From NCBI RefSeq assembly GCF_006345805.1, contig NC_043001.1, positions 5,890,001 through 5,954,000 of the forward strand: a stretch of DNA of 64,000 bases, given 5' to 3'. The position numbers and the translations under genes are program-made. Of this stretch, positions 1 through 12,605 are shown in pieces. Source of the stretch: Octopus sinensis. Lineage: Eukaryota. Under the pieces are notes generated by a model that saw nothing but the letters and a program-made list of their open reading frames with translations, was not told the DNA's origin and ran no database searches. Numbering within the stretch: position 1 is the first letter of the stretch; every line of letters begins with the position of its first letter.

Positions 1-153
1 TTAGTGTTGATGCCTGCATATATATACATACACAAATATATACATATATATACATCTATATACATACATATACGTGTATATACATATGTATACATCTATA
101 TACATAATGTAGATATATATGTATATATACATATATATATGTATACATATACG

Positions 154-184
<31 letters not shown>

Positions 185-287
185 ATCCAGCATGTAGGTA
201 CGTATGGATGTATACGCAATGCTACCTTTAAAGTTTGTGTATTCGTAGGTGTTCCATTGAATGGGTGTATATAGAGAATATGATACT

Positions 288-337
<50 letters not shown>

Positions 338-672
338 AAAACAAATACATGAATGTGTGTTTAGTGTTTTTAATATTTTTATTTTACTCATTTATTTGAT
401 TAAGAAGAGAAGTTAGAGAAGGAGTTAAATAAAATACATGGGGAGAATAAAAACCCAAATATTGAGCTACAAAATAGGGAAGAGTTACTGAAATGCTTGA
501 AGAGGAGCGGAAAAAAAAACTGGGAGATGTTTTCTAAGAGGTCGGCATTTGAAGGAAAATGAAGCTATAGAAACTGAATAAATAAAATAACAAATAAAAT
601 AAGGAGAACAATCGCGAGTATGACAGATGCACCAATAACAATGACTTGCATCAACATCACATGTTGTATATA

Positions 673-739
<67 letters not shown>

Positions 740-1414
740 TACGAATAAACCAAGGCAAAAACAAAATCAAACATTGAGAAAACACACCTCCTTGTTTTAA
801 ACAGTTCTCTTTCACGTTTCTTCTTTGCTTTATTCATTTCCACACTATAGAGAACAGCCTGTCTTCATTGTTATAATCTTATGCATTGTGAAATATCTCA
901 CAACACATAGGTTCTGATTTCATTTCTTTTATACAACTTTGCTTTCTCCACATTGAAACGGAGACCGACATTAAAACTGGGTGGGTGAACCTGAAAATGT
1001 TCACACATTCACACCTATTCAAACATTGAAACATTCTAAGCGAAACACAAACAGTACACACCCACACGCAATCGCAACGTAGTTGTACATACTGATGCAA
1101 ATGTATATATGTGTGTTTATGTATATGTGTGTGTGTGAAAGACAAAGACACATATATATAGGTATATATACATATATATGTGTGAGTGTATTAATGTATG
1201 TTAGTATGTATCTGTATATGCATAATTAAGAATTATGCATGGAACATATTTACAAATAGCTAAGATAACATATGAGAGCACAAATGAAATTTTTGTGGAA
1301 AAATAATTTACTGCCCCCACAAATACAACACATACAGACTGTGCATATGGACATATATATATATACCTATAATTATGTTTGTGTATATATTTACAGTTAT
1401 CTCAATAAATCCTA

Positions 1415-1450
<36 letters not shown>

Positions 1451-2471
1451 AGTGTGTGTTTGAGTGTGTAGGTCTGCATGTTCCATCTGTGTACGTGTTT
1501 GTGTATGTATGTGTGTATGCGTGAGTGTGTGCGTATGTGTATTCTTATACATAGATATTCATACATAAACACACACATAAACATGTCCTTGTGCGGCAAA
1601 CTTATATTTACGTGAATGAAAGAACGTCTATTTGTGTTCCTTATCAGTTCACGTCTCTGCTCAAATATATACTTAATTACAGATATTTGAATGTTTGCAT
1701 ATATTCCACAATATAAGCGCATACACACACGGCTTCACTTTCATCTTACGTATTTAGTTATGTGTGTACGAACATATTTACATGTTAGCGTATATCTCTC
1801 TCTATGTATATATCTATGTGGATACATCTTTTTGCGTCTGCATGGTTATGTGTGTTAGTATTCAATTTGATAAACTTGTTTTCTCCACTGCACAACTTTT
1901 AAACAGAAATAATTTGTTCCAACGTTTTTCCAGTTTACGCAATGAATTCCATAACCCTCTCTCGTTATATAATATATAACCTGAACTGCTATTTGTTTGT
2001 TTGCCAATATTTTTCTTTGTGTGCGTTTAGAAAATTTGTATGCTTTAGAAAAGTTACTTCGTAAATAAAAGAATTTCGAGAGCTTTGAATTTTAATAAAA
2101 AATATTCTACATTTCTTCTGACGATGAAGAATGTGACAAGAAATATTATTTTAAAAAAAATGTAATAATAGAAGAGAATGACATATGAAATGAAACAACT
2201 ATAAAAATTACAAAGGCTTCCAGTAAAAGCAGTAAAAGAGAAAGTTGCGCATGTCACACACACACACACGCGCGCGCGCACACATATATACACAAACATT
2301 CATACATAAATATAAATACATATAAATATATACATATTTACATATACATATTATATATTATATATATATATATACCGATTCACTACATATATATATGTAT
2401 ATATATTTATATATGTAGAAATGTATAGATATATATACGTATATATATATGTACATATATCTGAATATGTA

Positions 2472-2512
<41 letters not shown>

Positions 2513-2696
2513 TAATATATATATATATTTACAGTTATCTCAATAAATCCTATATCTATATATATATGTGTGTGTGAGTGTGTGTTTGACTCTGTAGGTC
2601 TGCATGTTCCATCTGTGTTCGTGTTTCTATGTGTGTATGCGTGAGTGTGTGCGTATGTGTATTTTTATACATAGATATTCATACATAAACATATTC

Positions 2697-2743
<47 letters not shown>

Positions 2744-2816
2744 GCATATATATACATATATATACATATATATGCCTATGTGCTTGTATAAACGCATATT
2801 CATATTAATCTCTCTC

Positions 2817-2885
<69 letters not shown>

Positions 2886-3128
2886 GCACAGACACAATTT
2901 TATTATTTTCTGACACATTCTTGCTTTGGAATTGTGTATCTTTTATTCAATTTTATAGTTTTACACAATTTTTGTTGATTTTGAATTCATATCCATTTAT
3001 TTAACTTTTCTCACAATACGTATACAAAAAATTAAAAAAATATTGAGTATCACAGGTCTTTATTAACAATATTTTTACAACAACGATGAACACAACACAT
3101 ACATGTGTCTAAATGTGTGCCTGTCTGT

Positions 3129-3172
<44 letters not shown>

Positions 3173-3177
3173 TATAC

Positions 3178-3229
<52 letters not shown>

Positions 3230-3450
3230 GTATATATATATTTATATTTATATATATTATATATATATATAATATATATTTATATTATATATGTATACCC
3301 ATATGTATATATACTTATATATATACAAATATGTATACATATATACATATATATATAATATATATATAATATACGTGCATATATATACATATATATATAC
3401 ATACATATATATAATATACTTGTATATATATATATATATATATAATATAT
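1..3450. repeat. Region dense in (TA)n/(TG)n/(TC)n microsatellites (such tracts recur throughout the window)
   Basis: Directly visible; these tracts account for the [12 protein letters not shown] ORFs. Confidence 0.97.
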
Positions 3451-4013
3451 TTATACAAGACATGTACGGTATGTTTGCTTTTAAGGATAGAATACGTGTT
3501 ATACGCTTTGACAATCAGTAAGGTTTTATATGTCGATGTTGACTGAAGCGTCTTGCTGTTTTTACTGAACATTTATGAAAGTTAACACTAAATAATCTGA
3601 GTGTTTGTTTGTGTTATTAACAACGGGTTTTAGAGGTGCTTTTCTTTTGCTTTTTTCACTTAAATTGATGACAATTGTATAATTCATTTCAAATATATTC
3701 TTCACAGTATTGTGTTTTAACTATTTGTCATAACACAATTGAAGCTGCTGTATTGCTAAATAAATTACCCACTGGTTATGTGTCCAGATGAAATACATTT
3801 CACACACGACGCCATCACCCCACACACAAATACACTCACGCACATACACACACACACACATCCTTAGTAAATCATAAATCCGAAATTGAAGCGCACTCTA
3901 AGTTCTAGATTAATAGGCTGTATAGATAAATAAAGGTTTTTCCGGTCGATGGGCTTACCCTGAGATTCTCGTCAGTAAATCGTGTAGCTTCACATCGCTT
4001 TTTCAGTCCCTTT

Positions 4014-4055
4014 GGTCTGAAGAAGCGCTTTATAGACGTGAAACCCAGGGTAATC
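4014..4055 (+). ncRNA. Type I hammerhead ribozyme, intact core
   Basis: GGU (4014-16)/AUC (4053-55) helix I; CUGAAGA (4017-23); A then GCG-CU/AG-A-CGU helix II; GAAA (4040-43); helix III ACCC-A-GGGU (4043-51); GUA ending at 4052. The downstream flank AATCTCATGGATAAGCC is complementary to upstream GGCTTACCCTGAGATT (3952-3967). Confidence 0.65.
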
Positions 4056-4069
4056 TCATGGATAAGCCA

Positions 4070-4154
<85 letters not shown>

Positions 4155-4195
4155 CTATCTCTCTCTCTCTATATATATACACACACACATACACA
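4070..4195. repeat. (ATCT)n tetranucleotide grading into (CT)n/(TA)n/(CA)n
   Basis: Directly visible. Confidence 0.95.
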
Positions 4196-4410
4196 TAGTT
4201 GGGAGTTTTTACCTGCCCATGAGGTAAGCTATCCCGTGCCGAACACCGAATCGACCCCTAAACACTCTATTGGTCTAATATTTCGGTGTCCGACACAGTG
4301 TAGCTCATTCATACGAAAACTGGAGAAAATTGCAAGGTATCTGAGTTGAAAATAGAAATAAGATTTAGATATAAATAATATATATATGTATGTATATATA
4401 TATGTATATA

Positions 4411-4851
4411 TATATATTTGTAAAAAATGAAGTTCGAAAATGCTGCTATATTATACAATTTTTAATTTTTATATATACATTATAACATGTTTCAGTTCCT
4501 GAAATGAACCTTATCAAAAAAAGTCATATATAAAAAAAGACAGCTCATGCCGTCAAACACAAGAAATTCATTTACAATACACAACGGAGTCAGACATCTT
4601 AAAGTTCAAATATAGTTTGAAGTAAGTTCATTCATGCTATATGTTCAAAGTGTTCGATGCAGTGGCCCACGGTGGCGATACGTATTCTAATTACCGGTTT
4701 CGTGTTTGACGGCATGAGCTGTCTTTTTTTATATATAACTTTTTTTGATAAGGTTCATTTCAGGAACTGAAACATGTTATAATGTATATATAAAAATTAA
4801 AAATTGTATAATATAGCAGCATTTTCGAACTTCATTTTTTACAAATATATA
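4411..4851. repeat. Near-perfect inverted repeat, 150-bp arms (4411-4560 / 4702-4851)
   Basis: Arms are reverse complements with one visible mismatch; flanked by (TA)n. The arms contain a decayed HHR-like motif UUGAUAA-GGUUC...GAACU-GAAA-CAUGU-U (4745-4778). Confidence 0.95.
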
Positions 4852-4900
4852 CCTACTCGTATACGAGCTAATCCTATTATAAATATATATATATATATAT

Positions 4901-4960
<60 letters not shown>

Positions 4961-4963
<3 letters not shown>

Positions 4964-5267
4964 AAATAGTAAAAAGTGAAAAAACTACAGAAAGCTTGTT
5001 TTAAAAGGTTAAAAAATATATTTGAGTCATTATGTCAGAAGAATGTTATAAAATTTTTTCATACAATGACATAGGTTTTGAAGAAATTACCGGTTTCGTG
5101 TTAGATGTTTTGAGAAATTGAAAAGTTAACACGAAACCGGTAATTTCTTCAAAAACTATGTCACTGTATGAAAAAATTTTATAACATTCTTCTGACATAA
5201 TGACACAAATATATTTTAACCTTTTAAAACAAGCCTTCTGTAGTTTTTTCACTTTTTACTATTTTCT
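4961..5267. repeat. Inverted repeat, ~140-bp arms (4961-5102 / 5128-5267), 25-nt loop
   Basis: Arms are reverse complements with a few mismatches. The loop and right arm form a decayed HHR (5107-5156): helix I GUUUUGAGAAAU/AUUUCUUCAAAAAC, core UGAAAA, GU-UAAC-AC, GAAA, ACCGGU, GUA. Confidence 0.93.
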
Positions 5268-5310
5268 ATATATTCAACCACCGACTTTCTCACCTATATA
5301 TATATATATT

Positions 5311-5343
<33 letters not shown>

Positions 5344-5344
5344 T

Positions 5345-5375
<31 letters not shown>

Positions 5376-6885
5376 GCCTATTTACACATAGTTCTTGGAT
5401 GGCTGCTGACTGCGCATGAATTATCTCTTCTTTGACTATTCCCAATTTTCATATTGCAGGGTGAGCAACAGTCACCTTTCTCACCAAGCAAGCCTGCTAG
5501 GGTTGCCAGTTTATTCGCCGACGATCCGACAATGCACCCGCTGTGTGTTAAACAGGAGGTGTATGTGTGTGCGTGTATATGTGTGTGTGCGTATGTATGT
5601 GTGCGCAAATTTTTCTTCATCTGGACTCGTAACCAGTGAGTGATTTATTTAACAATACAGGAGGCAATCCAGAGCCAAGACCTAAAAGATAGTGACCTTG
5701 TCAATCATATGAGCTACTGCGGGAGGCGAAATTAAATGACGCCCTCCTCTTTAGAGAGAAGGTGTGAGAGATAAGCATTCTTGTATATGGAAGGTTCAGG
5801 TATGTCTAGCTATTAAATGTAGAATTGAATGTTATACCGACCACTAGAGGGTACGGCCGTCCATAATATCATGGATGTCATCTGCTGCAATATGAATAAA
5901 GACCTAATGCTGTAATAGTTCGGATTTCATGTGTCGAATACTATTCAATATTCTTCCCAATAGTCTCAGCGATTTGTGATATGTAGATATGGATTTATTG
6001 TAAAAACCTCGGGACAAATTTCTATCTCACTTCGATGCACCTTGATCGCGGCAGGCGGCAAACTAAAGAGCTGTTCGGTCAAGCTCATTTACGAAAAGCA
6101 ATACAAAAAAACACCCAATCACACTGAAAGGTGGTACTCCAGCATAGCCTTAGCCTCTGGCTGAAATTTTTGGAGGTGAAAAAATATATACATGTTATTT
6201 CCAGTAGTCCAAAAGAAGGCATCTGTACTTTTGCATTTTCAAGTATTGTATTCTCGGTGTGAGCTAGTGTTTTTGGCCATGCTTCTGCAGTACAATTAAG
6301 GTAATTCCTTGTTAATATTTCCTGATATTCTCTCTAGAATCTCGGGTGATTTACTGAGTAGGACGAAACTTCAAATATTAGATTACTTCTCTTGCCATAG
6401 CTTTACGTCTGCGTTCGGGAAATACATATAATAGGTTTTCGTATAAAGCCGCTAGTAATCTCGTTAATATACCCGATTAGCGAACTAGAAACTAGGTGAT
6501 ATCATTTTTTTAAAAAACTTTTATACTAAATTAATGAAACAATATTGAAGTGAGAATATGTTAGATATCAAGTTTGCATTCACTGTAAATTTCGATCCGT
6601 GTTGTGCAAACAGTTTAGAATGTCTTCATAAATCGGCTTATGGTTCTCACATGTCAAAATACAAGCAAATCAGATTTTAGCAAATTCTACAAAAAATCAC
6701 TTCCTCATTAACCCTTTTTGGCAACAGTAAAATTAATTTTCTGAGTATGCTGCTAGTTTACAAATAAATCTGGAAAGTTATACAGCTTTTTTCACACTTT
6801 CTAAATGAAAAGAATTGTAGTTTGCTTCTAGGCTGGTATGAGAGTTAATGTAGTTTTTTAGAAAGTAAAACAGAAAACAACTACC

Positions 6886-7119
6886 TATTTCTTTACTACC
6901 CACAAGGGGCTAAACACAGAGAGGACAAACAAGGACAGACAAACGGATTAAGTCGATTATATCGTCCCCAGTGCGTAACTGGTACTTAATTTATCGATCC
7001 CGAAAGGATAAAAGGTAAAGTCGACCTCGGCGGAGTTTGAACTCAGAACGTAGCGGCAGACGAAATACGACTACGCTTTTCGCCCGGCGTGCTAACGTTT
7101 CTGCCATCTCGTCGCCTTC
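6886..7119 (-). mobile_element. tRNA-derived SINE (family B) with a 17-bp target-site duplication
   Basis: Matches the other family-B copies (GGCGGCGAGCTGGCAGAA..., TTTCATCCTTTCGGGGTCGATAAATTAAGTACCAG); AACAGAAAACAACTACC occurs at 6869-6885 and 7120-7136. Confidence 0.9.
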
Positions 7120-9299
7120 AACAGAAAACAACTACCACCGTTTTGTTGGATGTCGATGATTTTGTGATTCTTTCCGACACTATTAATTTAGTCCTGTAAT
7201 ATAATATCAGATATCTGAATATATATGATGTCGGAATAATTTTTAGTAGGTAAGTCATAATCGAAAGTCGTTTATATTAGTTTCACAGAGCGGGATTTTC
7301 CGTTTTACTTTAGGAAGGGCAAAATATTCTACCTATATAGTATAAGAATTTATTAGTTGTAAATATAAAGATTATAAACATATTTGACACATTTGAGTTA
7401 CGTATATAATATATATCCATTGTAATTATTTTGTATTTATAGACAAACAGTCAGTTAAATGTGTTCGATTTACAATTAAAATAATGTGATCAGCAAAACA
7501 TGAGTAATCATTATTTCTACAAAACAGTTTTATATGTATATAGAAGGGGTTTCTTCATTTAATTTATTTAATGTTATGAGATCGGGCAGTATCAAGATAT
7601 AAACTCAAATTGTGATTAACGAAGAATTATTATCTGCTATGTGCTGATTTGTAGCACGTGAATTAATGCTTCCGGTTTCAAATATATTATCGATGGGAAT
7701 AGTGATGGTGTCGAATCCCTGGCCTCACCCGCCCCGTTTTTTAGCATGTGGCATTATCGGCAAATGCAGCGGTGCTTGCAATAGAGGTCTGGAAATAGGG
7801 TTTCCCGAACTTTTGCCCAATGGTGATGTAAAGGAAGGGATTACAGTAATGGAGATACCAATTTCTCCAAGAGGAGCAAAATAGTCGCGTTGACAATCAT
7901 AGTACCGAAGCAGTGTATTATAATTATGTAATTATTTTCTTTTTTCATTTAAAATTACATCCGATTATAAAATATTTGGAGGAATGTAGTGAAAATTGCC
8001 GAGTTTGGTCTTCTTGAACAAAGAATATGGAATGCTTTTAACAGAAGAGGATCTGCAAGAAATTGCTTACGTTTAAACAAATCTTATAATTCTACAAATG
8101 GGGAAGCCTGTAATTTGATGTGTATTATATATATAGATCATCTACAACTCCAACTTGATCATTTTAATTAGACATTATCGTGATAATTAATTATCCTCTA
8201 TAACGGCGAATAATTATTTGAGTTAAATATTTATCATGCCAATGAATAATTAGTTAATTGGATTTCAGTATCTAATCGGATTTCGTTAGAATAATCAAGG
8301 CCTCTCACAGGAATGTGTGAGTAATAATTTAAGGTCCTCTCATCTCCGTTCTATGACAAGTTGCATCGTAGTTGCAGCGTTGCATTTCAAATTTATATCT
8401 ACCGATTGATAATTTACTTCCTATGCATTTCGAGATATGGAACTGTGGTTGGAAATTGCTTACATTAAAAGTAGAGTAAAGCTCTTTCCATCATTGTCTA
8501 ATGTATCCATTTTGTTACAAAATCGTCAGTGTATCTTTGATACCAGTATTACTGGGTAATTGAAATCATTATAGCAAGGATGAGAATCTATTATCTTGAA
8601 AGCTAGGTGTTAACACTCAAAACCTTGCCCAATTTTCAATAATCCTGTTACTTTGGATATGTCTCTAAATGCTTGGAACATAACATATTACACCTCTAAT
8701 ATGGATCCTCCTCCAATATTTCCTTATGTCTTTCGAGATAATCTTTATGAACAAAAGTTAGTTGCATGTCCCAAGATTTAGCTCTGGCGCCATAAATTTT
8801 TTTGAAGCGCCTGCGCTGAGCCGGTTGTCATTTTAAAAAGTTTGGCAAGTGATAGAACACTCGTTGTGATTCAAATAATACAAATGTGTCAGAGGAGTAA
8901 TAGAGATTGTTAAAAGAAAAATGAAACGAACCACTACAGACTCTCCCTATCCAGAATATAGAAACATAAAGGCACTGAAGTTGGAAATCAGTTTCTGAGG
9001 AGATTCAAATTTATTATTTCACAGTTCGTTTCAAGTAAGAATGCGTTTCACAAAGAATTTTAATGGTACCTCAATATTGGCAGAATCCATTTAATTTGTG
9101 TGGGTAGATACCAATTAAAAATGGACGGAAAGGAAATTCTACAAGTTTTAATATGTCGAGGAATATGTTCTGTTGGGAACAGCAACAGTTGTAAGAATGA
9201 TCTTCGATGCATAAGGAATCTCTGATTCCGAAAGTAACATATTGGTGATGCGGTATCAGGAAGTGGTTCTCTTGGTTCCTGATCTTAACTGATTCGAAG

Positions 9300-9520
9300 T
9301 GCTACAATTTGAGCGTTGGGCTTAATCCAATTGAAAGTTCAAGATTTCTTAAGGCAACTGGAAATCCCATGCAAGACTGATGACTTGCAAAGAGCAGCCA
9401 TATTGGGCACAGATAAACATCTTCAGGAAAGTGTTATCTGTCTCATGTCCTTGTTGTGACATGACAGATGACTAAAGTAACTGGTGTATTTTTACGTACA
9501 CTATTTTACGAAGGAATAAC
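9300..9520 (+). mobile_element. Second Dong/R4-type 3' end, decayed
   Basis: Translation KVQDFLRQLEIPCKTDDLQRAAILGT resembles the LQKxALLGTxxILRKVL C-terminus; followed by an (AAC)/(AAT)/(AAG) array. Confidence 0.6.
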
Positions 9521-9544
9521 AACAACAACAACAACAATAATAAT

Positions 9545-9597
<53 letters not shown>

Positions 9598-9739
9598 TGA
9601 TAATAATAATAATAATGATGATGCTGATGCTGATGATAATAATGATAATAACAACAACAGCAACAATAATAACAACAACAACAACAACAACAGCAACAAC
9701 AACAACAACTATAATAATATAATAATAATAATATAATAA

Positions 9740-9770
<31 letters not shown>

Positions 9771-9840
9771 AAGAAGAAGAAGAAGAAGAAGAAGAAAAAG
9801 AAGAAGAAGAAGAAGAAGAAGAAAAAGAAGAAGAACTGCA
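9520..9840 (+). repeat. Compound trinucleotide array (AAC)/(AAT)/(GAT)/(AAG); similar arrays at 22190-22640, 23035-23100, 23505-23645, 48310-48428, 49555-49745, 57415-57545
   Basis: Directly visible. Confidence 0.97.
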
Positions 9841-10391
9841 CTGATGCAGTACAAAGCAGTTGTTCTCGTGACTTCTGATCTTAACAGATTGGAAGTGTTA
9901 TCATGTACATTGTTTTGTCTTGGTATAAAAGATGGGCTACAGCAAATATTCTGCTCAATACCACAGATTTGCTTGTCAGTTGTTTGACCTTAACCAGTTG
10001 ACCATTTCCCTTCGTGGCTGAAGATATGTGCATCTCTGATCACGAGCAGAAGTAGTGGGGGAGCATCATAGCTTTGTGTTGAGAGGGATTCTTGGAGATT
10101 TTGATTATTCACCATTGAAAACATGGGTAGTTCGTTCAACATCCTTAAACAACCCTTATTAAAGGACCTGTTGAGCGGGATGGGTTACTTGACCAGAAAG
10201 AAATTCTAACTGGGTCCCACCTGCAAGGTCATGCGCTGTTTATCTTGTTATGAGATCACCATGTCGCGAACACATGGCTGTGATGCATGTGCTTAGTATC
10301 CCTTACAAGACGGATAGTCTTGATGAGTATACTGGGCTTCGTATATTTTACCCCATTGTCACTTTGGTGGCATGCACTACTCTCTCACTCA
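9841..10391 (+). mobile_element. ~550-bp non-coding interspersed repeat with (AAT)n tail, copy 1
   Basis: Colinear with 48429-48976 from TGATGCAGTAC to CTCTCTCACTC+(AAT)n; a more diverged partial copy lies at ~10505-10938. Confidence 0.88.
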
Positions 10392-10434
10392 ATAATAATA
10401 ATAATAATAATAAATAATAATAATAATAATAATG

Positions 10435-10502
<68 letters not shown>

Positions 10503-12150
10503 TATTAAACATGAGCTACAACAAATATTCTGCTCTGTATCACAGACATGATTGTGACTTGTTTCATCGCAACCAATAGAGCACGTCAGTTAATGGTTGA
10601 CGATATGATCATCTCTGTTCCTGAGCAAAAGTCGTGCGGGATAATCATAGCCATGTGTTGAAAAGAATTGTTTGAGACTTGAATAATTTACCTCAGAAAC
10701 ATGAGGTAAACAAATCTTATTCAGGCACGTTTTCAGCAGGATGTGCTACTCAACTTGAAGAAAATCCTAATTAGCCCACCTCGTTGAAGATTATTAACTT
10801 TTTATCCTGATATATGATCACCATGCTTCTCATATATGATGGTGATGCATGCATTTGGTCAGGTTGTCATGATGGGTATTTTGAGCTTCGAATATTTACT
10901 GCCGTGTCTCTCTGATGGAATGCACTAGTCTCTCACTCAATAATAAACATAATATTACACCAAAACTGCGCCACTAGCGTTATGTTCTATTCGTTGAAGT
11001 AAACATTGCTTTTCTGTATTATTTATGATAAAAGTTTAAAGACAAATCTGTCTGTGTTTTATGGAAGCAAAATATTTGGCAACAATCACACTTTCATCCG
11101 TATATTCCAGTATATGTTATGCAACTACGATGGTGGGATGAAGAGACGCCTGGATGCCACATTATGCTATCTTCATTGTATTCCAACTTTATTTTATTTT
11201 TATGCACATTTCAACCGTGAATGGCATAGAAAATATGGTGTTCTCATTGTCTTTGTTATTTTTTTCAAATTTCATTTCAAAGACTGTAATTATCCAGTCT
11301 CTCTTAAATTAAATTATTAATAGCTACTGATTAGTAATTTGCATTATAATTTCATGTTTCATATCTATTTTGTTTTTTATCTATTGTATTTATTTGCTAC
11401 ACAATGTATCGTATTACATCATTTACAAACAAATTGAAATAAATTAGCATCAGGAGATAAAACACTGAGAAGGCCGCTGCTGAAAACATTAAAAGCCACT
11501 CAGTATCAAGCTGGGAGAAAATTACAAACTCATGTTGTTAAATGTTTTGGAAAAATAAACATATATAATACATATTAACATTAAAACTATACAGCCATTA
11601 ATACGTTCTTGAAATAGCAGTAGACACTATTGCTAATTGCAATCTATAAATGGCAAATCCTTGGAGATTCATAATTATTTTTCTTTTGCATTTTGTTTTT
11701 AATGTATGGTTTATCATCAAAAACGCTTTATTTTGTTTGATTCCTATTTTTTTTCTTCTATTTATTTCTAGGAAATAACAGTAACAGAAATCCAAGTTGA
11801 GGATAATTAATCCACTTGTGTCAATTTTGTGATTTGTATAAACGCATTTTATATAAATAATTCATATAATATGCAGAGGGTATGGTCTAAAAGATTGCAT
11901 AAAAAGTTTCTCAAATGAAGTAGAATGATGGCTGAATAGGTAATGTGGACTGAATTATATAAACAGTATCATCATTAACGCTTGTCTGGTTGCGAATTGT
12001 GCCAAAACAAATTACTATCGTCTCTGGTTATTATTGTTTATTGAATGACTCCATAAAATATACCTTTTTTTGTATTTTACTGGGGAAATCATATTTTTCA
12101 TTGGGTTTCAAATTATAAGCACAGAACAATTTCTATAATAATGTATATAT

Positions 12151-12311
12151 GTGGCTGTGTGGTAAGTAGCTTGATAACGAACCACATGGTTGCAGATTCT
12201 ATCCTACTGCATGGCACCTTGGGCAAGTGTCGTCTACTATAGCCTCGGGCCGACCAAAGCCTTGTGAGTGGATTTGGTAGACAGAAACTGAAAGAAGCCC
12301 GTCGAATATAC

Positions 12312-12399
<88 letters not shown>

Positions 12400-12605
12400 G
12401 TGTTTCCAATCAGTGTTTGTCCCCTCAGCATTGCTTAACAACCGATGCTGGTGTGTTTATATTCCCGTAACTTAGCTATTCGGCAAAAGAGACCGATAGA
12501 GTAAGTACTAGGCTTACAAAGTCCTAAGGTCGATTCGCTTGACTAATGATGGTGCTCCAGCATGGCCACAGTCAAATGACTGAATCAAAGAAATGACTAA
12601 AAGAG
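12151..12605 (+). mobile_element. tRNA-derived SINE (family A) with internal (TA)n(TG)n microsatellite
   Basis: GTGGCTGTGTGGTAAGTAGCTT head, GGCACCTTGGGCAAGTGTC, CCAAAGCCTTGTGAGTGGATTTGGTAGAC, 3' GGTGCTCCAGCATGGCC...GTCAAATGACTGAA; many matching copies in the window. Confidence 0.92.

Noticed and set aside
7666-7884. 72-aa ORF in the GC-richer island
   Set aside because: No recognisable protein motif in any frame; treated as possible regulatory DNA instead.
9520-9840. CRISPR-like or coding tandem array
   Set aside because: Simple trinucleotide repeats without unique spacers in a eukaryotic context; no CRISPR array is present in the window.
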